From contig CATNEN010000003.1 in the NCBI GenBank assembly GCA_950097015.1, forward strand, positions 3,906,001 to 3,970,000: a stretch of DNA of 64,000 nucleotides. Reading direction: 5' to 3'. The DNA comes from Macrostomum hystrix (Eukaryota; Animalia; Platyhelminthes). The position numbers and the translations under genes were made by a program. Of this stretch, positions 24,101-36,300 are shown piece by piece; position 1 is the first letter of the stretch; each line of letters starts with the position of its first letter. Below the pieces are notes generated by a model. That model searched no databases. It was not told where the DNA came from and saw only the letters and a list, made by a program, of their open reading frames with translations.

Positions 24101-24294
24101 TTAGATGGATTAAGTGCCACCTGGTTCTTGGCTGAGTCACCGATAAGCCTCTCTGTGTCAGTAAATGCAACATAGCTAGGAGTTGTTCGGTTGCCCTGAT
24201 CGTTGGCGATGATTTCAACCTTTCCATGCTGAAAAACGCCAACACATGAGTAGGTAGTGCCGAGATCAATACCAATCGCTGGGGTTTTAGCCAT
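21179..24294 (-). CDS. hsp70: Cytosolic Hsp70/Hsc70, copy B, 3 coding exons, 655 aa, convergent with copy A
   Basis: Exons 24294-24090 (205 nt), 23620-22773 (848 nt), 22093-21179 (915 nt). Same motifs and intron positions as copy A. Confidence 0.98.
22188..22272 (-). ncRNA. U14: U14 box C/D snoRNA, second copy in hsp70B intron 2
   Basis: Reverse complement of 14183-14267, with boxes C/D and domains A/B intact. Confidence 0.88.
22290..22570. repeat. ~42-bp minisatellite between the two U14 copies of hsp70B (about 7 units)
   Basis: Unit CACTAATCCACTGACTGATCCCTAGTGAGATTAAACT...; fewer than 2 units at the matching site in copy A (14098-14160). Confidence 0.9.
22596..22680 (-). ncRNA. U14: U14 box C/D snoRNA, first copy in hsp70B intron 2
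   Basis: Near-exact reverse complement of 13983-14067, including the external stem. Confidence 0.88.
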
Positions 24295-24433
24295 TTTAAA
24301 TAAATATATAATAAAACTTAAAGAAAAATGTAAGTTGAATACTATAAGCTAACCTCTACAGGCACATACAAATACAAGAGCGTTTTATGGTTGAAAGCGT
24401 GAAGTAAGTGAATTTGTTTTCGAATTCGTGCGG

Positions 24434-24462
24434 TTATAAATAGCCAAAGAAAATTCTAGAAC
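24434..24462 (-). promoter_or_regulatory. Heat-shock promoter of hsp70 copy B: 3-unit HSE and TATA-like box
   Basis: aGAAaaTTCtaGAAc at 24448-24462; TATTTATAA on the minus strand at 24442-24434; ATG at 24294. Confidence 0.8.
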
Positions 24463-26199
24463 GAAATGTCTAAAATTACTGTAACGATTGTCGTGTTAGG
24501 TTTATTTTCCGGCATCTGGAAAGCTTACTGTCGGTTTTTGTACATTGTGCGTTACATTGTGCATTTTTAGGAGGACCAAAAAATTACTTATGACCACCTA
24601 TATTTTGACCATATGAAAGTAACGAATATTTTTTAAACATTGAAAAACGTGAATGGATTGTTTTTTCGGGAGTTTATAAGAGTAGTTTTTACTTATCATA
24701 TGATTGGCCTGGCTATCATAAGAGAAACCCGAAAAGTGCTCAAGTTAGGCAATCGAATGTGAAAATATAAGATTGTCACTCTAATGCGGTAGTTTGCTGC
24801 ACGTCATTGAATCTATTCGAAAGTTCGAATTGAATAGGTGAAAGCATAGTTGGCGATTATGCTTGACTGACGCACGCTTCCATAAAAAATCACTAAATTA
24901 TGTAATATGTCACTCTAACCAAAGTAGTTTAATAAATTGCTTGTCGACGATAAAAATTCATTTTTGACTGGATTATTGAACCTTTTTACACGCTGAAATA
25001 AAGAAGAAGTTTACATGCATGTTTTTTATAACAACGCAACAAAATCTAACTGCAAGTGTAGTTTAGTTGTACTTTGCTTTCTTTGCTTACATGTCACACG
25101 ATGTGGGTAGAGAATGACAGTGAATGGGAAGCAAGCAAGTGTTCGATGTTTTGTGCACGCAAGAATTGCGTACGGATATAGAAGCATATAATTTGCACAG
25201 CACATGCTTCGACCACATTGTTGATTAAATGCGTCATTATTTATAATCAGAATGATTTTCGAACTCATATAATGATGCATCAATACAAACAATTTTATTT
25301 ATTTAAATGTACCCTTTTATGTACACATACTACACATGTATATATAAGCATTACATAGGATACGTGGAAAAAATAATTAAGACCAGATTATCACATAATA
25401 AAAGGTAAATTTTGTCTTATAAAGAAGTTTTTCTTCTTGCATTCGAAAACTAAAAATATTCTCCGTGTGGAAAAGCGTGCGCAGTTATATTTTGCAAGCT
25501 AATGTGAGCAACACAATGCGATCAAATAATCTTTCTGAAAGCAGAATATTATTGTTAAAATATACTAACAGTAGCCGTAACGCGCATTAAGTAAGACTTG
25601 GAAAATTGGCAAATTAAATTACAAATCAAAGGTAAAGCACGCTTTATTAATTTAAAGGTAAAATATGAACTACTTTTTATTTCCAATACTTATTTCCAAT
25701 ACGAAAAAACACTGATAATTTATAGATAGAGAAATCTGAGTAATATCGACGACTAAACGAATCATAAAAAGGACTTCTAAACATAGCAAAAAAATAAAAA
25801 AACGTCACAATTCAGAAAATCTAGCTTTTACACTGTCGGATGTTTTATAAATAAAAAATATATACCTTTACCTTAATTGTTTCTCCTATTAGTTAGCAAA
25901 TCAAACTATAATAGAAATAATGAATCGCATGTAAATGATGTGTAGTTACATTTTCAGTGAATACCAAGTTTGGAAATTTAGTCGATGGCAAAAAATAGAA
26001 ATAGTTTTTTAATAAATCAAGGCAAAATGTCAAGAGTATACTCGTACATTAGTGGATAGAAATTATATTTTATATCTAGAAAAAGACAAATAAACATGTG
26101 CGTTGTTGGGAAATTGTCGCACCTTTTTCATCAGTGCAATATTAATTTTTACTGCAAACCAATATTAAAAATTACTCTTCTTACACTCACCTGGTCATG

Positions 26200-27165
26200 T
26201 ATTGAGGCTATCAAACTGCTTACACCCACCTGATTAGTTACTTAGTCTATCAAACTGTCATCACACCCACCTGGTCATTCAATGCGTCTATCAAACTGTC
26301 ATCACACCCACCTGGTCATTCACTGCGTCTATCAAACTGTCATCACACCCACCTGGTCATTCAATGCGTCTATCAAACTGTCATCACACCCACCTGGTCA
26401 TTCACTGCGTCTATCAAACTGTCATCACACCCACCTGGTCATTCACTGAGTCTATTAAACTGTCATCACACCCACCTGGTCATTCAATGAGTCTATCAAA
26501 CTGTCATCACACACACCTGGTCATTCACTGAGTCTATCAAACTGTCATCACACCCACCTGGTCATTCACTGCGTCTATCAAAATGTCATTACACACGCCT
26601 GGTCATTCACAGAGTCTATCAAACTGTCATCACACCCACCTGGTCATTCACTGCGTCTATTAAACTGTCATCACACCCACCTGGTCATTCACTGAGTCTA
26701 TTAAACTGTCATCACACCCACCTGGTCATTCACTGAGTCTATTAAACTGTCATCACACCCACCTGGTCATTCACTGAGTCTATTAAACTGTCATCACACC
26801 CACCTGGTCATTCACTGCGTCTATTAAACTGTCATCACACCCACCTGGTCATTCACTGAGTCTATTAAACTGTCATCACACCCACCTGGTCATTCACTGA
26901 GTCTATTAAACTGTCATCACACCCACCTGGTCATTCACTGAGTCTATTAAACTGTCATCACACCCACCTGGTCATTCACTGAGTCTATTAAACTGTCATC
27001 ACACCCACCTGGTCATTCACTGCGTCTATCAAACTGTCATCACACCCACCTGGTCATTCACTGAGTCTATTAAACTGTCATCACACCCACCTGGTCATTC
27101 ACTGAGTCTATTAAACTGTCATCACACCCACCTGGTCATTCACTGAGTCTATTAAACTGTCATTA
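26200..27165. repeat. 41-bp minisatellite CTATCAAACTGTCATCACACCCACCTGGTCATTCACTGCGT
   Basis: Tandem repetition with no unique spacers. Confidence 0.96.
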
Positions 27166-27396
27166 CAGCAGCTAATCGTTTCAATTAGTTTACTAATCAA
27201 CACAAATAAAAATGAAAAAACTCAACTTCTCTTTAGCATCCTTAAATGAGGCAGCATATAGACTACTCGTCAGTAGCAGTATTAGTACAGAAAGCTTTGC
27301 GGTTTGAATCACGTTTCTGTCTTTAAGGCCATTTTTGGTCTAATAATAAACAAACTGAGCGAGCACATTAGAAGCACACAGTTAAGAGAGAAAGTG

Positions 27397-30300
27397 TCAA
27401 ACCAGAGCAAAGCCTTCAGTCTGTTCAATAGCCTGTATTAGCTTTCGCTTCAAAGTGTCCCTATCCGGATAGACTGGCAGGTCTAATAGATTGTAGCAGG
27501 TGTGTGCCACAGGTAAATAGGAAGCGCCGCCGTGTACAGGTTGTATGCGAATCTTTAACGCGGACATGCCCTGCATTGGAACCCTGTCGCAGCCAGTCAG
27601 AAAGTGCAAGAATTTGCGCTTCTGCGACTCGGCCAGGTCGTGATGAAATACGGACCAGAAATTGACGATAACGTCGTGCTTGGCGTAATAGACGCCAAGG
27701 TATTCAGCGCTGCGTTCCAGCTCAGCCCAATCGAAATGATCCTCTTCTCCGATGAGCATAGCTCTCAGTTCGGCCGGCTCAAACATAGCCAGAACTTGGC
27801 CGCCGCAGACTTTGTGAAAGCCGTCGTGAAATGCGGCGTAGGACTCATTGCAGCTGGCGTTGAACACGAAATCTACGTAGGCGTCAGCGTAGCGCTGCCG
27901 ATTGGCCATGGTGACGGCTTCGTCAGGCCGGTCGCTAAGCGGTAACCGACGCAATTCACCATAATAATCCACTTCAACTTCAAAGTTCAGCATGAGAGAT
28001 TCCACATCGTCGGAAGATTCCGCTTCTAGTAGGTGCTGCAGATTCCGACCAACCACGGGGTCGAGCTCCTTGAGATCGTCGATTGTTGGCCTGCGATCTA
28101 GCAGCTTCTTGTACAGAGCCAATGGGAAGGCTACGCCAGCTAAGAAGCTATTGTAGATTGCAAGGCCGCACAGGATGCCAATGAGATGGAATAAGTTAGC
28201 GTCCTCCAGTGACACGGAATTAAACCAGATCAATCTGGAATCGTAGCTGCGAAACATGCCGTAGAGTGGGTCGAGAATTTCTCGGAAAATCAATTGGAAA
28301 AATTCTTTCGACACGCCGCCCTCATCTTGGGCCTCTTCGCCTACGAAATGAACGCGCAGTGGCTTGCGCAATTCGGCCGGCGGGAACTTGCTCAGGTGGC
28401 TGATTGCGTCACCAACTAAGTTGTTGCGCCGCACCTGCGGTTGTAGGGGGTACAAATTTAGTGTGGATTGTTGGAAGCTCTGATCGAGAAATCGGCGTTT
28501 GAAACTAAACAAGCCGAGATTTTAAGTTTGAAATGTAATTCTACGGATTTGAATTCTGAATGGCCTAGATTTCTATGGATGTGGATTCTGAATGGCCTAG
28601 ATTTCTATGGATGTGGATTCTGAATGGCCTAGATTTCTATGGATTTGAGTTCTGAATGGCCTAGATTTCTATGGATGTGGATTCTGAATGGCCTAGATTT
28701 CTATGGATTTGAGTTCTGAATGGCCTAGATTTCTATGGATGTGGATTCTGAATGGCCTAGATTTCTATGGATTTGAGTTCTGAATGGCCTAGATTTCTAT
28801 GGATTTGAATTCTGAATGGCCTAGATTTCTATTGATTTGAATTCTGAATGGCCTAGATTTCTATGGATTTGAGTTCTGAATGGCCTAGATTTCTATGGAT
28901 TTGAGTTCTGAATGGCCTAGATTTCTATGGATTTGAGTTTTGAATGGCCTAGATTTCTATGGATGTGGATTCTGAATGGCCTAGATTTCTATGGATTTGA
29001 ATTCTGAATGGCCTAGATTTCTATGGATGTGAATTCTGAATGGCCTAGATTTCTATGGATGTGAATTCTGAATGGCCTAGATTTCTATGGATTTGAATTA
29101 TGAATGGCCTAGATTTGTATGGATGTGGATTCTGAATGGCCTAGATTTCTATGGATTTGAGTTCTGAATGGCCTAGATTTCTATAGATGTGGATTCTGAA
29201 TGGCCTAGATTTCTATGGATTTGAGTTCTGAATGGCCTAGATTTCTATGGATGTGGATTCTGAATGGCCTAGATTTCTATGGATTTGAATTCTGAATGGC
29301 CTAGATTTCTATGGATTTGAATTCTGAATGGCCTAGATTTCTATGGATTTGAGTTCTGAATGGCCTAGATTTCTATGGATTTGAATTCTGAATGGCCTAG
29401 ATTTCTATGGATTTGAATTATGAATGGCCTAGATTTCTATGGATTTGGATTCTGAATGGTCTAGATTTCTATGGATTTGAATTCTGAATGGCCTAGATTT
29501 CTATGGATGGGAATTCTGAATGGCCTAGATTTCTATGGATTTGAATTCTGAATGGCCTAGATTTCTATGGATTTGAATTCTGAATGGCCTAGATTTCTAT
29601 GGATTTGAATTATGAATGGCCTAGATTTCTATGGATTTGGATTCTGAATGGCCTAGATTTCTATGGATTTGAATTCTGAATGGCCTAGATTTCTATGGAT
29701 GTGAATTCTGAATGGCCTAGATTTCTATGGATGTGAATTCTGAATGGCCTAGATTTCTATGGATTTGAATTCTTAATGGCCTAGATTTCTATGGATTTGA
29801 ATTATGAATGGCCTAGATTTCTATGGATTTGAATTATGAATGGCCTAGATTTCTATGGATGTGGATTCTGAATGGCCTAGATTTCTATGGATGTGGATTC
29901 TGAATGGCCTAGATTTCTATGGATTTGAGTTCTGAATGGCCTAGATTTCTATGGATGTGGATTCTGAATGGCCTAGATTTCTATGGATTTGAGTTCTGAA
30001 TGGCCTAGATTTCTATGGATGTGGATTCTGAATGGCCTAGATTTCTATGGATTTGAGTTCTGAATGGCCTAGATTTCTATGGATGTGGATTCTGAATGGC
30101 CTAGATTTCTATGGATTTGAGTTCTGAATGGCCTAGATTTCTATGGATTTGAATTCTGAATGGCCTAGATTTCTATGGATTTGAATTCTGAATGGCCTAG
30201 ATTTCTATGGATTTGAATTCTGAATGGCCTAGATTTCTATGGATTTGAATTATGAATGGCCTAGATTTCTATGGATTTGAATTCTGAATGGCCTAGATTT

Positions 30301-33300
30301 CTATTGATTTGAATTCTGAATGGCCTAGATTTCTATGGATTTGAATTCTGAATGGCCTAGATTTCTATTGATTTGAATTCTGAATGGCCTAGATTTCTAT
30401 GGATTTGGATTCTGAATGGCCTAGATTTCTATGGATTTGAGTTCTGAATGGCCTAGATTTCTATGGATTTGAGTTCTGAATGGCCTAGATTTCTATGGAT
30501 TTGAGTTCTGAATGGCCTAGATTTCTATGGATGTGGATTCTGAATGGCCTAGATTTCTATGGATTTGAGTTCTGAATGGCCTAGATTTCTATGGATGTGG
30601 ATTCTGAATAGCCTAGATTTCTATGGATTTGAGTTCTGAATGGCCTAGATTTCTATGGATGTGGATTCTGAATGGCCTAGATTTCTATGGATTTGAGTTC
30701 TGAATGGCCTAGATTTCTATGGATGTGGATTCTGAATGGCCTAGATTTCTATGGATTTGAATTCTGAATGGCCTAGATTTCTATGGATTTGAATTATGAA
30801 TGGCCTAGATTTCTATGGATTTGAATTATGAATGGCCTAGATTTCTATGGATGTGGATTCTGAATGGCCTAGATTTCTATGGATTTGAATTCTGAATGGC
30901 CTAGATTTTTCTCTCACCTGCAGCAGCAGCACAGGATTAACAATGCCGCCAGCCATAGTCATAGCGGAGAAGAAATTGTGAGTCTGTGCCTGCTGTATCG
31001 CCTGCTGCTGTTTAATCTGGGCGTCCGTGCGCAACAGTACAGTCTTGGCAATGCCGTCGAATACAAACGGATAGTCGCAGAATGAGAAGTACTCTCTCTG
31101 GCCTCGATTTTGGATCCACAGAACGTAGTCTCTGGCAGTTAACGGGTTGTTTGGTTGAACTATAAAAGCATTGCATTATTGATAAATAATGTTGAGCTGG
31201 AAATGAAGAAAAACCGAAAGACAGAAACTCGAAATGCAAAACTGAAGTCCGAAACCGAAATAGACGCTGAAACTGAAGCCTGAAACAAAGTCGAAAACCG
31301 AAATAAATGCCCGAAACCAAAACCCGAAACTGATGTCCGAAAATGAAGCCAGAAACTGAAGCCCGAAACTGAAGCCAGAAAATGAAGCCAGAAACCGAAG
31401 TCCGAAACAAAAGCCCGAAACAAAAGCCCGAAACTGAAGCCCGAAACCAAAGCCCGAAACCAAAGCCCGAAACTGAAGCCAGAAAATGAAGCCAGAAACT
31501 GAAGCCCGAAACTGAAGCCCGAAACTGAAGCCAGAAACTGAAGCCCGAAACTGAAGCCAGAAACTGAAGCCCGAAACAAAAGCCCGAAACAAAAGCCCGA
31601 AACTGAAGTCCGAAACTGAAGTCCGAAACTGAAGTCCGAAACAAAAGCCCGAAACTGAAGTCCGAAACTAAAGCCCGAAACCGAAGTTTCGGATCTAAAA
31701 TTCGAACTCCAGACCTCCCAGTCAAAAGCCTCACCTAGCAATATCGACTTTGCCATCGAGCTCAGGCAGGTAGAAACTAGTCCGAACCAGAGCAGCGTCG
31801 CCCCGCTCAGCATTGACCGAGTGCAGCAGTCGCATTGCCCGCATACAGTAGGTCAGGCCTCGCTCCTTGGCCATAGCCCCAGCCTGGCTAGTGTGAGCTG
31901 GCAAGCTGAGAATATGAGGCGTCACAGCTCTGAAGGTGCGCAATAGTCTAGCGAAGTGTCGAGTAGGCAGCTGGGCTAGCCACTGAGTCAGGACTCGGGT
32001 TGGCACCGGATCTAGCTGGGTCAGGCACTGGGCAAAGCCGGTGTGGACACTGTCGTACAGTTCCAACCGGGAGAACAGGTGCATGAAGGGGGCTATTAGG
32101 AAGAAGCGAAGGCACTCAATGTCCGGATAGTTGGTTCGGGAGCGCAGATCGGCTAGCAGGCTGATGAAGCCCGAGAGAAGCTGGAATGACCGATTTTTCT
32201 AATACCTTACTTTCTAAAACAGCCGATGACCAATTTTCCTAGACACTAAAATGACCGATTTCTTAAGCATTCAATGACCAATCATTCTTAAGCATACAAT
32301 GACCTATTCTTAAGCATACAATGACCTATAATTCTTAAGCATCCAATGACCTATAATTCTTAAGCATACAATGACCTATAATTCTTAAGCATCCAATGAC
32401 CTATAATTCTTAAGCATACAATGACCTATAATTCTTAAGCATACAATGACCTATAATTCTTAAGCATACAATGACCTATAATTCTTAAGCATACAATGAC
32501 CTATAATTCTTAAGCATCCAATGACCTATAGTTCTTAAGCATCCAATGACCTATAATTCTTAAGCATACAATGACCTATAATTCTTAAGCATACAATGAC
32601 CTATAATTCTTAAGCATCTAATGACCAATGATTCTTAAGCATCCAATGACCAATGATTCTTAAGCATCCAATGACCTATAATTCTTAAGCATCCAATGAC
32701 CTATAATTCTTAAGCATACAATGACCTATAATTCTTAAGCATACAATGACCTATAATTCTTAAGCATACAATGACCTATAATTCTTAAGCATCCAATGAC
32801 CTATAATTCTTAAGCATCCAATGACCTATAATTTTTAAGCATCCAATGACCTATAATTCTTAAGCATACAATGACCTATAATTTTTAAGCATCCAATGAC
32901 CTATAATTCTTAAGCATCCAACGACCTATAATTCTTAAGCATCCAATGACCTATAATTCTTAAGCATCCAATGACCTATAATTCTTAAGCATCCAATGAC
33001 CTATAATTCTTAAGCATCCAATGACCTATAATTTTTAAGCATCCAATGACCTATAATTCTTAAGCATCCAATGACCTATAATTCTTAAGCATCCAATGAC
33101 CTATAATTTTTAAGCATCCAATGACCTATAATTCTTAAGCATCCAATGACCTATAATTCTTAAGCATACAATGACCTATAATTCTTAAGCATACAATGAC
33201 CTATAATTTTTAAGCATCCAATGACCTATAATTCTTAAGCATCCAACGACCTATAATTCTTAAGCATCCAATGACCTATAATTCTTAAGCATCCAATGAC

Positions 33301-36300
33301 CTATAATTCTTAAGCATCCAATGACCTATAATTCTTAAGCATCCAATGACCTATAATTCTTAAGCATACAATGACCTATTTTTCTTAAGCATCCAATGAC
33401 CAATCATTCTTAAGCATCCAATGACCTATAATTCTTAAGCATCCAATGACCTATAATTCTTAAGCATCCAATGACCTATAATTCTTAAGCATCCAATGAC
33501 CTATAATTCTTAAGCATCCAATGACCTATAATTCTTAAGCATACAATGACCTATAATTTTTAAGCATACAATGACCTATAATTTTTAAGCATCCAATGAC
33601 CTATAATTCTTAAGCATACAATGACCTATTTTTCTTAAGCATCCAATGACCAATCATTCTTAAGCATACAATGACCTATAATTCTTAAGCATACAATGAC
33701 CTATTTTTCTTAAGCGTCCACATACCAATTTTTCCTATAAATTCAAAAACATATTGTTTAAACATCCAATGACCCATTTTCCTAGAAATCCGATGACTGG
33801 TTTTGTTTCTTAAACAATAATGATGAATATTTTTGAAACTTTAAAAACATTAAATGACCAATTTACTTTCATAAAAATTTTTAGTTTCGAATGTGGCAAT
33901 ACTGTATTCCCAAAAAGATAGAAACAGAAATTTGGCAAGTTCTCACCGAGTCATCCGCTTCCCTACTGATCTGTTTGCCCAGCTGTTCCAGCTTAGCAGC
34001 GGCCTGATCCAAATCGAGTCCGTGATCAGTTCTGCTCGGCGCCCCAGGCAGAGGCTGGCGAAGGAAGGCGCAGTTATAGCTGGCCAAACAGCTGGCCGAC
34101 TCGCCCAATCGACGCGCCGTAGCCGTTGTTGCAGCTGATTTGGCAGCCGACTGCAGACAGTCGTCGATGCGGAGCGGCTCAGCCGAGGCAGACAGCCAGG
34201 ACGGCCGCTCGCATCGAAAATCGTCAGGCGCCTGCGGTGCGTCCGAACGGACCGGCGCCGGCGCGGCCTGGCGCATGGGGGATAAAACAATTTTTTGGCG
34301 GTTTGAGGAAAATCATAGGAAATTAATTTGGGATAAATTTACCAGCCCAGCTTGTAAGGGATTAAACCAAATTGTAAAAAAAAAATAGGAATAATTTTGA
34401 GGATATTTGAACCGTTGGGGATAAAGTTGAGGATCGATGAACCATTGAGTATAAATTTGAGGAATAATGAACAATTAGGAATAAATTTGAGGATCTATGA
34501 ACCATTGGGGATAAATTTGAAGATCTATGAACAATTGGGGAAACATTTGAGGATCTATGAACCATTGGGGATAAATCTGAGGATCTATGAACCATTGGGG
34601 ATAAATTTGAGGATCTATGAACCATTGGGGAAACATTTGAGGATCTATGAACCATTGGGGATAAATCTGAGGATCTATGAACCATTGGGGATAAATTTGA
34701 GGATCTTGACTTAGCGGCAGGGAGCCTCCATGACGGACGCAGCGAGGAGGCGGCTGATGCCGCCCATATCGCAATTTGAGGATCTATGAACCATTGGGGA
34801 TAAATCTGAGGATCTATGAACCATTGGGGATAAATTTGAGGATCTATGAACCATTGGGGATAAATTTGAGGATCTATGAACCATTGGGGATAAATCTGAG
34901 GATCTATGAACCATTGAGGATAAATTTGAGGATCTATGAACCATTGGGGATAAATTTGAGGATCTATAAACAATTTAGGATCAATGAACAATTAGGGATA
35001 GATTTGAGGATCAATGAAAAATTGGGGATAAATTTAAGGACCTATAAACCATTAGGGATAGATTTGAGGATCAATGAAAAATTAGGGATAAATTTAAGGA
35101 CCTATAAACCATTAGGGATAGATTTGAGGATCAATGAAAAATTAGGGATAAATTTAAGGACCTATAAACCATTAGGGATAAATTTGAGGATCTATGAACG
35201 ATGGCGATATGTATGAGGATCTATGAACCATAGATGAACTGTTTAGGATAACTTCGAGGATCCACCAGATTAAGCATAAAATCTTAGTGGCTGAGAATCG
35301 AATTAACAAAATGCCCACCTTGACAAAGCTGACATTGCCGCAGGCGAACAGCACCAAGGGTGTGTGCTTCTCATCCAGGCCTTCGACACTGAGCCGACGC
35401 TTAAGAAACTCGCTGCTGCCGCTGACTGGCACCCAGGGACCCTTGACCACGCTAGGCGAGGTCTTGGGCTCATTCAGGCCGTCATCGCCGATGCCCAATT
35501 GACCTCTGGCAGCCATGCCGAAGGCGTAGATTCTTCCTGTGGCGGCAACGTAGGCTACGGTGTGCCGATGCCCGCAGGCCAATTGGGTGACAGCCGAGCC
35601 CATCAGGTCAGCCACCCGCCTGGGAAGGACCTCCATGACGCCAGGGGCGCAGCGGGTGCCGTGACCCAACTGGCCGAATTCGCCGCAGCCGAATGTGAAC
35701 ACGCCGCCGTCGGCGGTCAAGGCGGCGCTATGCTCTTTGCCGCAGGCCACGTGCCGAATCTGTGGTGGGGGGAGGCAGAGGCTAGATTAGTCCCGTGAAT
35801 GGCTAGATTAGTCCCGTGAATGGCTAGATTAGTCCCGTGAATGGCTAGATTAGTCCCGTGAATGGCTAGATTAGTCCCGTGAATGGCTAGATTAGTGCCG
35901 TGAATGGATATAATAGTCCCGTGAATGGCTGGATTAGTGCCGTGAATGGCTAGATTAGTTTGCTAGAAATACCAGACTGATTTCTTTGAATGACCATGTT
36001 CATTTCCTATAATGACCAGATTGTTTTCCTATAATGACCAGATCGTTTTCCTATAATGACCAGATGTTGTACGCGAGCTGACCTGCTGCCCGCGCAGTGT
36101 TTTGCACAGTACAGGCCAGGCCTGATTTTCTGTACTGCCGCAGCCCAATTGGCCCTTGTCGTTGGCGCCCCAGGCGAATAATACTCCGCTGTGCGATAAC
36201 GCCAGGCAGTGATGAGCTCCGCAGGCAATGCTAGACAATGGCAGGCCTTCCAGCGAGGCCACTGGCAGACAGGCGCCAGAACCTGCTGCCTGCTTCTGCT

